NCBI GenBank assembly: GCA_902538515.1
Contig: CACBFH010000002.1
Span: forward strand, 20,893-84,892
Length of the DNA stretch: 64,000 bases
From: an uncultured Prochlorococcus sp.
GTDB lineage: Bacteria; Cyanobacteriota; Cyanobacteriia; PCC-6307; Cyanobiaceae
Direction: 5' to 3'
Shown: one piece after another, positions 8,409-19,109 of the stretch
Position numbering within the stretch: the stretch's first letter is position 1
How the letters are laid out: the number at the start of each line of letters is the position of its first letter
Made by a program: the position numbers and the translations under genes
Notes under the pieces: model-generated
The model's input: the letters and a program-made list of their open reading frames with translations, nothing else
Databases searched by the model: none
Told to the model about the DNA's origin: nothing

Positions 8409-8735
8409 TTAAGATCCTAGTTTAAATGCCTCAAGTATTACTGCATAAATTGCACCAATTCTTAATTTATCAACTACGGTCCATAGATAATAAAATTTTG
8501 AACTTACGGCAGGTTTTATTCTTATAAGGATTTCAATAAAAACAATAATTATTGGGACCATTATCAACTCATTTTTACCTTCAGATATAAATTTTGTAAG
8601 AAAATTTGCGAACAAAAAATAACCTGTCAAAACAGAAATTAGACCAATAGATTTTGTCCTCCAAGTATCACTTAGAAAACCAAAAAATAAATTATTTAAC
8701 TGGTAGGTAATTCTTGAAAAATTAGTTTTTTGCAT
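8409..8735 (-). CDS. Ycf20/DUF565 family membrane protein
   Basis: C-terminal EAFKLGS signature. Confidence 0.88.
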   Translation of the reverse strand: MQKTNFSRITYQLNNLFFGFLSDTWRTKSIGLISVLTGYFLFANFLTKFISEGKNELIMVPIIIVFIEILIRIKPAVSSKFYYLWTVVDKLRIGAIYAVILEAFKLGS

Positions 8736-9486
8736 TACTAAAAGACACTAAATAATCACTTAGAAAGCTATAGTCAACATATGTTTTTTTTAGTTTAGGA
8801 CCTTTAATTACATTTGCCACATTATTCTCATCACCAAGACTGTCTAAAATACAATCTAATTTAATATTTTCCTCAAGAACAGTTGGGATATTTGAAGGAA
8901 CAAAAATTGTAGGCAAGTTTGCTGCTAAGGAAGATTTTAATCCTGGATTAGAGTCTTCAAAAACAATTGAGTTGTTTTTGTTTATACCACTTAATTGGAT
9001 CGCCTTTAAATATGGTAATGGATTTGGTTTCTTTAATTCAACATCTTCACTTGAAATAATGAACTCAAAAGGGTTAAATCCATTAAAAAGATATTCAACA
9101 AGTAGATTTACTTGATTTCTTGAACTTGAAGTAACAATAAATTGTCTTACTTTTTTTCTATGTAATTCATTTATTAATCTAAAAACACCAGTTTTGAAAC
9201 TAACGTAATTTTTTTTTATAATTTCTAAATAATGAAACTGCTTTGTTTCATGAATTTTGAGGATTAAATCTGCTGAGAAATCATCATTATTCGATTTAGC
9301 GTAATAAGCAATCCTATTTTTGCCCCCATTTATCTTCAAAAGTTTTATGTATTTATTAGTGTCCCAATTCCAATTAATGCCAAGGTCATTGAAAGCATTA
9401 TTAAAAGCAGGTAAATGAGCCTCTAATTCAGTATTTGCGATGGTACCATCAAGATCCCAATAAACACCCTCCAGGTAAGTCACCAA
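8722..9486 (-). CDS. HAD-superfamily hydrolase, CbbY-like
   Basis: WDLDGTIANTE, KKPNP and FEDS motifs. Confidence 0.9.
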   Translation of the reverse strand: MVTYLEGVYWDLDGTIANTELEAHLPAFNNAFNDLGINWNWDTNKYIKLLKINGGKNRIAYYAKSNNDDFSADLILKIHETKQFHYLEIIKKNYVSFKTGVFRLINELHRKKVRQFIVTSSSRNQVNLLVEYLFNGFNPFEFIISSEDVELKKPNPLPYLKAIQLSGINKNNSIVFEDSNPGLKSSLAANLPTIFVPSNIPTVLEENIKLDCILDSLGDENNVANVIKGPKLKKTYVDYSFLSDYLVSFSNAKN

Positions 9487-9498
9487 AAAGAATTTGTT

Positions 9499-9576
9499 TT
9501 ATTTGCGGTAAAATACAAGAGCAATTATGGCTGGTCCTGCTAACGCAACTACAGCTAAAGGAATAAGTGTTGCCAT
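9499..9576 (-). CDS. psb30: Photosystem II reaction centre protein Psb30 (Ycf12), short 25 aa form
   Basis: MATLIPLAVVALAGPAIIALVFYRK*; AGP-hydrophobic-FYR signature. Confidence 0.8.
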   Translation of the reverse strand: MATLIPLAVVALAGPAIIALVFYRK

Positions 9577-9658
9577 GATTAATGAATATGTTTTGTGATA
9601 CTATTTTTACAAATAAATGTAGAAACTGTACTGATACGTTACAAGATTGAATTAAATT

Positions 9659-10006
9659 ATGAAAGGATGGACATGTATAGAAAATTGCGGAGCTTGTTGT
9701 AAATTCGACTTGAACGAAAGAAGCGATTTAGCAGACAAACTTAACAAAGAAGATATAGCTTTGATAAATTCGATGACGGCTAAAGATGGTTGGTGTAAAA
9801 ACCTGGACAAAGAAAATAAAAAATGCTTAATTTATGAAACCAGACCACATTTTTGCCGGGTAAATGAATTTTCAACTTCATTTAAAGGATATTTGAAATC
9901 TGGTGATAAATTTTTAATAGACTGCTGCAAACAACACATATCATCAAATTACGGATACCAAAGTAAAGAGATGAAAACTTTTAGAATTGCTGTTTCAGGA
10001 AAATGA
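9659..10006 (+). CDS. YkgJ family cysteine-cluster protein
   Basis: CIENCGACC and C..YETRPHFCR. Confidence 0.88.
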   Translation: MKGWTCIENCGACCKFDLNERSDLADKLNKEDIALINSMTAKDGWCKNLDKENKKCLIYETRPHFCRVNEFSTSFKGYLKSGDKFLIDCCKQHISSNYGYQSKEMKTFRIAVSGK

Positions 10007-10326
10007 ATAGTAAATTAGAAAAAAAAGACAATATAGAAAAAAGTTTTTTTTCTATATTTATAACGACGTTTACTACAATTTTTATAGCTGAACTTGGCGA
10101 TAAAACTCAGATAGCCACATTAATGCTTTCTGCTGAATCGGGCATGCCAATAATAGTTTTTCTTGGAAGTTCTCTAGCATTAATCAGCTCTAGCATAGTA
10201 GGAGTTCTTATTGGTAAATGGGTATCAAAAAAAATATCTCCTAGCAAATTTGCTTTATTTACTGGTGCTTTAATGATATTGATAAGTATATTTTTAGCTT
10301 ATGAAACTTTCAAAAATTATTTATAA
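10003..10326 (+). CDS. TMEM165/GDT1 (UPF0016) half-size transporter
   Basis: AELGDKTQ motif, 3 TM helices. Confidence 0.9.
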   Translation: MNSKLEKKDNIEKSFFSIFITTFTTIFIAELGDKTQIATLMLSAESGMPIIVFLGSSLALISSSIVGVLIGKWVSKKISPSKFALFTGALMILISIFLAYETFKNYL

Positions 10327-10638
10327 ATGGTTTTAAGTTTATTACTATCAACATTTCTAACCGTTTTCATAGCTGAATTAGGTGACAAAACTCAAATAGC
10401 TACTTTAACTATAAGTGGCACTTCAAATAAACCATTAGCAGTTTTTCTAGGATCTTCATCAGCACTTGTTTTTGCAAGTTTACTAGGAGCTTTAACAGGT
10501 GGTTCTATTTCAAGTTTTTTACCAGAAGTAGTTCTTAAGTCAATAGCCTCCGTAACATTTTTTATCATTGGTATAAGGCTATTTATCAACTCTTTCAATA
10601 TACAGAGAGAAGAAAAAGAAGAGAAAGAAAATAATTAG
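10327..10638 (+). CDS. TMEM165/GDT1 (UPF0016) half-size transporter
   Basis: AELGDKTQ motif, 3 TM helices. Confidence 0.9.
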   Translation: MVLSLLLSTFLTVFIAELGDKTQIATLTISGTSNKPLAVFLGSSSALVFASLLGALTGGSISSFLPEVVLKSIASVTFFIIGIRLFINSFNIQREEKEEKENN

Positions 10639-10710
10639 TTTTAAGCTTGGATAATAAGGTGTAATAATGAAGTGTATACCCTTAAATTAATTTATAATTT
10701 TATCTAAATC

Positions 10711-12933
10711 ATGTTTACATCATCTTCAATAATTGATAATCTTAATCAGTCAGAAGGTTTAGAATATAAAAAATTATGCAGATTATTAAAAATAACAAAG
10801 AAATCTGATAAGGATAAATTAGATATTGCTTTAACAGCTCTGGAAAAACTTGAAATAATAAATAAAAATGAAGATGATGAATATACCTGCATAAAAGATA
10901 GTGATCATCTCATCGCCAAAATAAGATGTAGTAGCAAAGGCTATTGCTTTGCAGTTAGAGGAAAAGACAAAGAAGATATCTACATTAAAGAAAATCTACT
11001 TAACTATGCATGGAATGGAGATAAAGTTTTAGTAAGGATAATAAAAGAGGGTTATAGAAGAAGATCACCCGAGGGAATAGTTGATTGTATTCTTGAAAGA
11101 TCAAATCAAATACTTCTTTCTAAAGTTGAAATCATAAACAATGATGTATATGCAATACCAATAGATGATCGGATCCTTTCTAAAATTAAACTTCCAAATG
11201 AGAATAAAAAATACACTTTCAAACCAGAAAATAAGAATATAGTAAAAGTTGAAATTGATAGGTTTCCAATAGGCCAAGAAGAAGGCTTAGGACATGTGAT
11301 ACAAGAACTAAAACTTAACAATAATGAGGAATATGATACAGAATTCGTTTTATCCAAAAGCAACATCGTTAAATCACACAATTTTGATCAAATAGAATCT
11401 AAAAAAATAGAAAAAAGGGAAAGAATAGACCTTACAGATAAAAATTCATATTTATTCAAAAGTTGGAAGACTAATAATTCTCCCATGCTCCCAATGATTC
11501 AAATAGAGCAGGGAAAAAATAAAATTACTAAATTATGGATTCATACAAATAATCTTGCAGAAAGAGTAGATCTAAATAGTAAAAAATCTTTAGAAGTATT
11601 ATTTAATTGCTTCGAGTCATTACCCTTATTAAATGATTGGCAAAGCTACCTTAGTGAAGCCATAAGAAATGATTCTGAATTTAAATTTGGTGAAAAGAAT
11701 GAAGCAATTAGCCTTTGTTTGCATTTAAATAGTGATAATAAAATAATTGATTGGTCATTTCATCTTACTTTAGTAAAATGCTCTCTTATTGTTGGAAGTG
11801 ATCATACTGACGCGCTTCTATCTAGGAAAAGTAAAGCAAGAATAACCTCTCGGGTATTAAAACCTATAAAGGAATATATCGAAGATTTAGATAAAATACT
11901 TGAAATTTCATGTTCATTCAGGCAAAAACATCTTTTGGAAGGTAAGGTTGAAATTCCTGCTCCACTCAATAATATTGAAGCACTAGAAGAATTTTTCATT
12001 CATAATCCAGCTGAATGTTCAAAAGGATATTTTGAATCATTAAATAAAGAAGATTGCCAAACTTATCTTTCACCAATACTACATGAAGCAAATTTAATAT
12101 GGTTCAATCATTCAAATAAATATGGCTTAAAAAGCGCAGCATACATCTCTCAAGGAATAGATTATGTTAATGCAAATGAAATCATCAAATATTCAGAATT
12201 TATTGAAAATGATATAGAGCTTAATGAAGATGGCAATTTAACATTTAGTCAAGTAATTAAATTTTGTGACGATGATAATAAAAAAAGAATCTTACATAAA
12301 CTTCTAATTAATGAATTTAAGAACAATGAAATAAGGTTGGTTTCTGAAAATCCTGATAATGATGAATTAGAGAAATTATTTATTTCTCCATGGACAATTC
12401 CTGGATTTGACTTCACTAATCTTATTAACCAGTACTGTATTTTTAATATGATAATAAATGGTAAGAAATCAAAGAAAAATAATATTAATGCCATCAATAT
12501 ATCGGATAGTAATTCATTAGAATTAGTAAATTGGGATATATTTAATTCATCAATTTCAAAGAATCTAGAAATATTATTTAACAAGTTTGTAATAGATAAA
12601 CTTAATGAATACAAGTATAAAGTTAACCAATATAAATCTAATATGATAAATATAAAAAAAGTAAGAAAAGCAGAAAAGTTACTAGGTAATATTTACAGTG
12701 GATTTATCTTATCAGTGCAAACATATGGTTTCTTTGTTGAGATACCAGAACTAAATGTTGAGGGTTTAGTACACGTCAGCACTCTTAATAATGATTGGTA
12801 TGAATATAGATCAAGGCAAAATCTATTAATTGGAAGAAAATCTAAAAAATCATATAAAGTTGGAGATCCAATAGAAGTAAAAATCATAAAAGTCGATATT
12901 CTAAAATATCAAATTGATTTAGAATTAACATAA
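10711..12933 (+). CDS. RNase R/II-like RNB and S1 domain protein (Zam-like)
   Basis: Cold-shock OB (KGYCFA, AWNGDKVLV), C-terminal S1 (YGFFVEI..VEGLVHVS); catalytic core divergent. Confidence 0.85.
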   Translation: MFTSSSIIDNLNQSEGLEYKKLCRLLKITKKSDKDKLDIALTALEKLEIINKNEDDEYTCIKDSDHLIAKIRCSSKGYCFAVRGKDKEDIYIKENLLNYAWNGDKVLVRIIKEGYRRRSPEGIVDCILERSNQILLSKVEIINNDVYAIPIDDRILSKIKLPNENKKYTFKPENKNIVKVEIDRFPIGQEEGLGHVIQELKLNNNEEYDTEFVLSKSNIVKSHNFDQIESKKIEKRERIDLTDKNSYLFKSWKTNNSPMLPMIQIEQGKNKITKLWIHTNNLAERVDLNSKKSLEVLFNCFESLPLLNDWQSYLSEAIRNDSEFKFGEKNEAISLCLHLNSDNKIIDWSFHLTLVKCSLIVGSDHTDALLSRKSKARITSRVLKPIKEYIEDLDKILEISCSFRQKHLLEGKVEIPAPLNNIEALEEFFIHNPAECSKGYFESLNKEDCQTYLSPILHEANLIWFNHSNKYGLKSAAYISQGIDYVNANEIIKYSEFIENDIELNEDGNLTFSQVIKFCDDDNKKRILHKLLINEFKNNEIRLVSENPDNDELEKLFISPWTIPGFDFTNLINQYCIFNMIINGKKSKKNNINAINISDSNSLELVNWDIFNSSISKNLEILFNKFVIDKLNEYKYKVNQYKSNMINIKKVRKAEKLLGNIYSGFILSVQTYGFFVEIPELNVEGLVHVSTLNNDWYEYRSRQNLLIGRKSKKSYKVGDPIEVKIIKVDILKYQIDLELT

Positions 12934-13000
12934 ATAAATTTTTACAAAATATATTATGGAAATATTAAACAAAAATAAATTAAGATAACTTTTAAGAAAT

Positions 13001-13444
13001 ATGTTTAAGAAAAAATATTTATTTTTAGCTCTTTTTTTAATAATAATTTTACAAGCTTTATTATATACAAATAATAATCAGAAGACTTCATTTAAATACT
13101 TTAAATGGACTCTCCAAGAAGTAAGTATAGGTAAGTTTATCAGTATTTCATTTTTTTCTGGTTTATTTGTAAGTACTTTATTGAATACCACCATTACTAA
13201 TACTATTTCCAGAAAAAATACTTCCGAAAATGTAGAAGATGATTTTGTATCTATTAATAATGAGGAAGATAATGAACCAAACGTTGAGATGCCGCCACAA
13301 AGAGATATTAGAGAAACTCAACCGACAATTTCTGTAAATTACAGAGTTGTCAAAAACATGAATGATAATAAATTAAAAAATGATCGAAATTATTCAAATC
13401 CAGATAACAGAGATGACTGGGATAATGTTGATAATGAATGGTAA
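13001..13444 (+). CDS. Hypothetical membrane protein (LapA-like N-terminus, acidic tail)
   Basis: Two TM segments, then PPQRDIRETQPTISVNYRVV. Confidence 0.75.
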   Translation: MFKKKYLFLALFLIIILQALLYTNNNQKTSFKYFKWTLQEVSIGKFISISFFSGLFVSTLLNTTITNTISRKNTSENVEDDFVSINNEEDNEPNVEMPPQRDIRETQPTISVNYRVVKNMNDNKLKNDRNYSNPDNRDDWDNVDNEW

Positions 13445-13503
13445 AAAATAAATTAGTTAAAAAATGTTTTTTTTAATTTATAATAATTATAGTTGTAGTT
13501 TTT

Positions 13504-14064
13504 ATGGAGAAAAATTTGGACACAAATAATGAAGTTAATAAAGAAATATCTGACAACACTACTAATCAAAATTTAGAGGAAATTAAAGAAAATAAATCAG
13601 AAAAAGATATCAGCATAAATAATGTTGATTCTGCTACTAAAGTTGTTATAAAAAATGAAATCAATACTCCCGAAAAACCTATTGCAAAACCCAAAAAAGA
13701 TCTCCCAGTAGAGAAAAAACCTTTCCCAGAATTTATTAACATGCACCTAATACCTACACTTACTGAGGAAATTAATCAAAGAGGATTAGAAATAAACAAT
13801 ATTAACCTCACTAACACAAATAGACCTATTGCTGGAGATAAATGTTGGGTAATAAATTGTGAAATTAAAGATACATGTAACTTTTGGTTATCCTTTGAGA
13901 AGGATGACATTAGTTCATTAAAAAGTATTTCCTTATCAAAACCTAATCAAAAACCAAGTATTATTGAATCTTTTCTTATTGACGAAAAAAGAATTACACT
14001 AAAATTAATTATTTCAAGAGTACTTCAAAGATTGAATGGGCAAAAGTTAATCGGAGTTAATTAG
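13504..14064 (+). CDS. DUF2996 family protein (NdhV-like)
   Basis: VEKKPFPEFI, FWLSF and IESFLIDEKRITL..RL.GQK. Confidence 0.82.
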   Translation: MEKNLDTNNEVNKEISDNTTNQNLEEIKENKSEKDISINNVDSATKVVIKNEINTPEKPIAKPKKDLPVEKKPFPEFINMHLIPTLTEEINQRGLEINNINLTNTNRPIAGDKCWVINCEIKDTCNFWLSFEKDDISSLKSISLSKPNQKPSIIESFLIDEKRITLKLIISRVLQRLNGQKLIGVN

Positions 14065-14144
14065 AAAAACAATAACACCAAGTTAACTTTTCCCTCGAAA
14101 ATACAAATCATAGTAAATAATAGTATTAATAAGTTAAATAAAAG

Positions 14145-15317
14145 ATGACTCAATCAACTGTTGAATCAAAAAATAAAAAAGATACTAATAATGGAAAGAT
14201 ACCAGCAAAAGAAACAATTTTGTCCCCAAGATTTTATACAACAGACTTTGAGGCCATGGAAAATATGGATTTATCAATAAACGAGGAGGAGTTGGAAGCT
14301 ATATGTGAGGAATTTAGGAAAGATTACAATAGACATCATTTTGTAAGAAATAGTGAATTTGAAGGCGCCGCAGAAAAATTAGATCCTAAGACAAGAGAGC
14401 TTTTTGTTGATTTTCTCGAGGGGAGTTGTACTTCAGAATTTTCAGGTTTTTTGCTTTATAAGGAACTTAGTAAGAGAATTAAAGTTAAAAACCCTCTACT
14501 TGCTGAATGTTTTGCTCATATGGCCAGAGATGAAGCAAGACATGCAGGTTTTTTAAATAAATCAATGAGTGACTTTGGACTTCAGTTAGATTTAGGTTTT
14601 TTAACAGCCAATAAAGATTACACTTATTTCCCCCCAAGAAGTATTTTTTACGCTACTTATTTATCCGAAAAAATAGGTTATTGGAGATACATAGCAATTT
14701 ATAGGCATCTCGAAAAGAACCCAGACAGCAAGATTTTTCCACTATTTAATTACTTTGAAAATTGGTGTCAAGATGAAAATAGACATGGCGATTTCTTTGA
14801 CGCATTAATGAAAGCACAGCCACGAACTGTTAAATCTTTAAGCCAAAATATTACCATTGGCGGCTCTACTTTTACACACCCATTATTTGACTACTTCCAT
14901 AGGTTTAGATATTTTTTGAATAATCTTCCATTAACATCCAAGTTATGGTCTAAGTTCTTTCTATTAGCTGTATTTGCAACTATGTATGCAAGGGATTTGG
15001 GAATTAAAAAAGATTTCTACAGTTCTTTAGGTTTAGATGCCAGAGATTACGACCAGTTTGTTATTAATAAAACAAATGAAACTGCAGCTAGAGTTTTCCC
15101 TGTAGTAATGGACGTTTATGATAAATCTTTTTATGGAAGATTAGATAAAATAGTAGAGAATAATAGGGTCCTTTCCGATATTGCAAACAGTGATGGAAAT
15201 AAAGTATCTAAAACTTTTAAAAAATTACCTAAATATTTATCAAACGGTTACCAGTTATTAAGACTATACTTATTAAAACCTCTTGATAGTAAAGATTTCC
15301 AACCCTCGATTAGATAA
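14145..15317 (+). CDS. acsF: Aerobic Mg-protoporphyrin IX monomethyl ester cyclase
   Basis: SPRFYTTDF, di-iron motifs DEARH and [16 protein letters not shown]. Confidence 0.97.
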   Translation: MTQSTVESKNKKDTNNGKIPAKETILSPRFYTTDFEAMENMDLSINEEELEAICEEFRKDYNRHHFVRNSEFEGAAEKLDPKTRELFVDFLEGSCTSEFSGFLLYKELSKRIKVKNPLLAECFAHMARDEARHAGFLNKSMSDFGLQLDLGFLTANKDYTYFPPRSIFYATYLSEKIGYWRYIAIYRHLEKNPDSKIFPLFNYFENWCQDENRHGDFFDALMKAQPRTVKSLSQNITIGGSTFTHPLFDYFHRFRYFLNNLPLTSKLWSKFFLLAVFATMYARDLGIKKDFYSSLGLDARDYDQFVINKTNETAARVFPVVMDVYDKSFYGRLDKIVENNRVLSDIANSDGNKVSKTFKKLPKYLSNGYQLLRLYLLKPLDSKDFQPSIR

Positions 15318-15348
15318 TCTTTAATTCATAGAAAATTTATAGCCTAGT

Positions 15349-16770
15349 ATGCTTTCATCACAAATTAAATCAAATGAAATCGTTTTTGGTAGTTGCAATA
15401 AAGATTTATTAGAAGAAATTATTTGCTACGGCATTGGACTTGGTGCTGATTTTGTAGAATTATTTATAGAGAATACTGACAACTCAAGCGTTTTAGCTGA
15501 AGAAGATTTTATTACAAGTGTAAGTCCATCATTTGGAAGGGGTGCTGGCATTAGAATCTTCAAGGGGAAAAAGGATGGATTTGTGAGTACAAATGATTTA
15601 ACAAAACATGGCTTGATGAGATCGGTATCTCAGGCTATTGAGATGTTAGACATAACAGACAACAAAAGAGAAGTATTTAACGGTTTAAATAAACATAGGG
15701 ACTATAGTTTATCCAAGAAAAAATGGATTAATGAAGTCCCATCTATTCATGAGATAAGTGAAAAACTACTTGTCAGCACAAAGTCTTTAAAAAAAAATAA
15801 TAAAGTAATAACTAGAAAAGGAAGTTACGCAAGAAATCTTCAAGAAGTTATTATAGCTTCCAGTGACGGAACCTATGTCTCAGATATTAGATTGCATCAA
15901 ACAGTTGGACTCAACGTAATTGCAAGTGATGCCCAATATAGATCTAGTGGAAGTAGAAGATTTGGATCGTCAGGAATGCCTAATGAATTCAGATTATGGG
16001 ATCACGAAAAAGCAGCTAATGATGTGTTTGAAAGTTCAATGAACATGTTGTACGCAGATTATGTTGATGCAGGACAAATGCCTGTTGTATTAGCTAATAA
16101 ATTTGGTGGCGTTATATTCCATGAAGCCTGCGGTCATTTACTTGAAACTACACAAATAGAGAGAGGAACAACACCATTTGAGAATAAATTGAATGAAAAA
16201 ATTGCACATGAATCTGTAACAGCAATAGATGAAGGGATATCAGAAGGATCCTTCGGTTCATTATCAGTAGATGATGAAGGTATGGAACCCGAAAAATCAG
16301 TTCTTATAAAAGATGGAATTTTAAAAAAATTCATATCCGACAGGGCAGGTGAATTAAGAACTGGCCATAAAAGAACAGGAAGTGGAAGAAGACAAAATTA
16401 TTCTTTTGCTGCGGCTTCAAGAATGAGAAATACTTATATAGCTAAAGGTGAGCACTCGAAAGAGGATTTAATAAATAGTATTAGCGATGGTCTTTACTGC
16501 AAATCAATGGGTGGTGGCAGTGTAGGTGCTACAGGACAATTTAATTTTGCGGTAGAAGAAGGATATCTTATTAAAAATGGAAAATTAACTAGTCCAGTAA
16601 AGGGAGCAACATTGATCGGCGAGGCTAAAGAAGTTATGCCAAAAATATCAATGTGCGGAAATGATCTCGAACTAGCACCTGGATTTTGCGGATCCATTAG
16701 TGGAAGTGTCAACGTAACTGTCGGCCAACCTCATATTAAGGTTGATTCAATCACTGTTGGCGGAAGATAG
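15349..16770 (+). CDS. tldD: TldD metalloprotease
   Basis: HEACGH motif, RMRNTYI, GQPHIKV. Confidence 0.93.
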   Translation: MLSSQIKSNEIVFGSCNKDLLEEIICYGIGLGADFVELFIENTDNSSVLAEEDFITSVSPSFGRGAGIRIFKGKKDGFVSTNDLTKHGLMRSVSQAIEMLDITDNKREVFNGLNKHRDYSLSKKKWINEVPSIHEISEKLLVSTKSLKKNNKVITRKGSYARNLQEVIIASSDGTYVSDIRLHQTVGLNVIASDAQYRSSGSRRFGSSGMPNEFRLWDHEKAANDVFESSMNMLYADYVDAGQMPVVLANKFGGVIFHEACGHLLETTQIERGTTPFENKLNEKIAHESVTAIDEGISEGSFGSLSVDDEGMEPEKSVLIKDGILKKFISDRAGELRTGHKRTGSGRRQNYSFAAASRMRNTYIAKGEHSKEDLINSISDGLYCKSMGGGSVGATGQFNFAVEEGYLIKNGKLTSPVKGATLIGEAKEVMPKISMCGNDLELAPGFCGSISGSVNVTVGQPHIKVDSITVGGR

Positions 16771-16773
16771 GAT

Positions 16774-18126
16774 ATGAATTCAATAGAAATCACCACTCAA
16801 ATCACCAAAGCTGCAGATTCCCTTAATCTTAAAAAATGGGATTATGGAGCAAGCTTTTCTAATGATTATTCTGTGCAAGTAGATAAAGGAGAGGCTAAAC
16901 AACTTAAAGCTTCACAAAAGCAAATTTTAACTATAAGAGTTTGGAATCAATCTAATCTAGTTGGTATTACTACAACAAGTGATATTAGTGAATCTGGTAT
17001 TAAAAAGGCTCTTAAGCAAGCAAATACAGCTTCTGATTTCGGCAATAAGAATGAAACTACAGAATTTTCACCACTAGCTAAGGATCCTATTAAAGTTAAG
17101 GAAGTTAAAAAAAGAAATCCTGTTGGAATAAAAAATTTGCTTACACTTTTAAGAAGAGCGGAAGTAAAACTAATAGAAAGTCATGAATCCATAAAATCTG
17201 TACCATATAATGGTTTATCTGAGAGTTTTTTTGAGAGAGTTTATGCAAATAGTGATGGTGCCTTTCGAAGTTATTCCAAAAGTCAAGCAGCACTATATTT
17301 ATATGCAAGAGCAGAAGAGAAAAATAAGAAGCCTCGTAGTTCAGGTTCCGTAAAACTCGGATATGGAGCTGATGATATAGATATAGAGTCGTGTATTAAA
17401 GAGGCTTCAAATAAAACAATTTCTCATTTAAATTATTCATCTATTAAAACTGATAAATATTTAATATGTTTTTCCCCAGAGTCTTTTTTAACTATCATTA
17501 ATGCCTTTAGCTCAATGTTTAATGCTAGAAGCATCATAGATGGAGTGAGCTTATCTAATAAAAATTCAATCGGGGAGAAACTATCTACAGAAGCACTTAA
17601 TATTTATGATGATGGCCTTCACGAAAAGAATATTTCTTCAACACCATTTGATGGAGAAGGAACTCCAACCAAAAGACTATGTCTAATTAACAGAGGGAGA
17701 ATTGAAAATTTTATACATTCTGAATCAACTGCAAGAATATTTAAAACAACTCCCACTGGCCACGCTGGACTAGGATCAAAAGTCTCAGTATCTCCTGATT
17801 GGATGGTAGTAGAAAGATCAGAAGAAAACTTTGATCTAAAAACATCTCTAGATCACTCTACTTATGAGGGAGAATTTGTTTATATCGAAGAGTTAAATGC
17901 AATCCATGCAGGTGTCAGAGCAAGTCAAGGATCTTTTTCTCTTCCATTTGATGGATGGCTCTACAATAACGGTAAAAAAATCTCAATAGAATCTGCCACA
18001 GTAGCAGGAGATATCAAATATCTTTTGAAAAATATAGTAAATATTGAATCAAGCCAGGAGGTGACAACAAGTGGAATTTCTCCACATATATGGGTAGATG
18101 AATTATCAATAACTGGTGACGCGTGA
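16774..18126 (+). CDS. pmbA: PmbA/TldE family protein
   Basis: PFDGEG and TGHAG motifs, no HExxxH, directly after tldD. Confidence 0.9.
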   Translation: MNSIEITTQITKAADSLNLKKWDYGASFSNDYSVQVDKGEAKQLKASQKQILTIRVWNQSNLVGITTTSDISESGIKKALKQANTASDFGNKNETTEFSPLAKDPIKVKEVKKRNPVGIKNLLTLLRRAEVKLIESHESIKSVPYNGLSESFFERVYANSDGAFRSYSKSQAALYLYARAEEKNKKPRSSGSVKLGYGADDIDIESCIKEASNKTISHLNYSSIKTDKYLICFSPESFLTIINAFSSMFNARSIIDGVSLSNKNSIGEKLSTEALNIYDDGLHEKNISSTPFDGEGTPTKRLCLINRGRIENFIHSESTARIFKTTPTGHAGLGSKVSVSPDWMVVERSEENFDLKTSLDHSTYEGEFVYIEELNAIHAGVRASQGSFSLPFDGWLYNNGKKISIESATVAGDIKYLLKNIVNIESSQEVTTSGISPHIWVDELSITGDA

Positions 18127-19109
18127 GAATTATATTCTGGGGAACACCTGAATATTCAATTCCTAGTCTTGATATTTATATTAAATCCAAGCACGAGGTA
18201 ATTGCAGTAGTTAGCCAACCGGATAAGAAGAGATCTAGGGGAAATAAATTAATAGCCTCACCTGTAAAAAGAATTGCTGAGAAAGAATCTATAAAAATTT
18301 ATACTCCAGAAAAAATCAGGGGCAATATAGATTTTATAAATGAACTTAAATCACTTTCTTGTGATTTATTTATTGTTATAGCTTACGGGAAAATTTTACC
18401 CAAAGAGATATTGGAAATACCAAAATTTGGTTGTTGGAACGCACATGCTTCATTACTTCCAAGATGGCGTGGTGCCGCCCCAATTCAATGGTCCCTAATA
18501 AAAGGCGATAAATTTACTGGTATAGGAATTATGAAAATGAATGAGGGACTAGATACTGGCGACATATTATTGGAAGAAAAAATTAAAATAAATAATAACG
18601 ATAATTTAAATACACTATCGGAAAAACTTAGTATTTTATCGGCAAAATTATTTTTAAATGCTACATCTTTAATCGAAGAAAATATTAATAAAAATACAAA
18701 TTCTCAATTAACAAAACAAAATACCCTTGGAAGAGAAATTACTTACGCAAGAATGATTGAGAAATCAGATTATAAAGTTATTTGGAGTATTGAGGCATTT
18801 AAAATTTCTCAAAAAGTAAAAGCATTATATCCAAGAGCAAATACAACTTTTAGAGGTAAGAACCTAAAAATAATTAAAATCAAAGTTTTGAGTAGTGATG
18901 AAGTTAAAAATGAAAAATACCTTTTAACGAGTAATTATTCAAAACCAGGTATTATTCTTGCTGTCATTGAAAATGAAGGAATAATAATTGCAACTAAAAC
19001 TGATCCGATTATTTTGTTAGAGGCCAAACTTGAAGGCAAAAACATATCTAGCAAAAATCAATTGATACAACAGTTAAAGCCAACATTAGGTGATTATTTC
19101 TCAGATTAA
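18123..19109 (+). CDS. fmt: Methionyl-tRNA formyltransferase
   Basis: FWGTPEY, NAHASLLPRWRGAAPIQW. Confidence 0.96.
   Translation: MRIIFWGTPEYSIPSLDIYIKSKHEVIAVVSQPDKKRSRGNKLIASPVKRIAEKESIKIYTPEKIRGNIDFINELKSLSCDLFIVIAYGKILPKEILEIPKFGCWNAHASLLPRWRGAAPIQWSLIKGDKFTGIGIMKMNEGLDTGDILLEEKIKINNNDNLNTLSEKLSILSAKLFLNATSLIEENINKNTNSQLTKQNTLGREITYARMIEKSDYKVIWSIEAFKISQKVKALYPRANTTFRGKNLKIIKIKVLSSDEVKNEKYLLTSNYSKPGIILAVIENEGIIIATKTDPIILLEAKLEGKNISSKNQLIQQLKPTLGDYFSD

Noticed and set aside
9615-9645. Possible NtcA sites between psb30 and the YkgJ gene
   Set aside because: GTA..TAC spacings are 7 and 9 bp, not the required 8
15349-18126. TldD/PmbA as part of a RiPP cluster
   Set aside because: Flanked by housekeeping acsF and fmt; no precursor peptide or modifying enzymes
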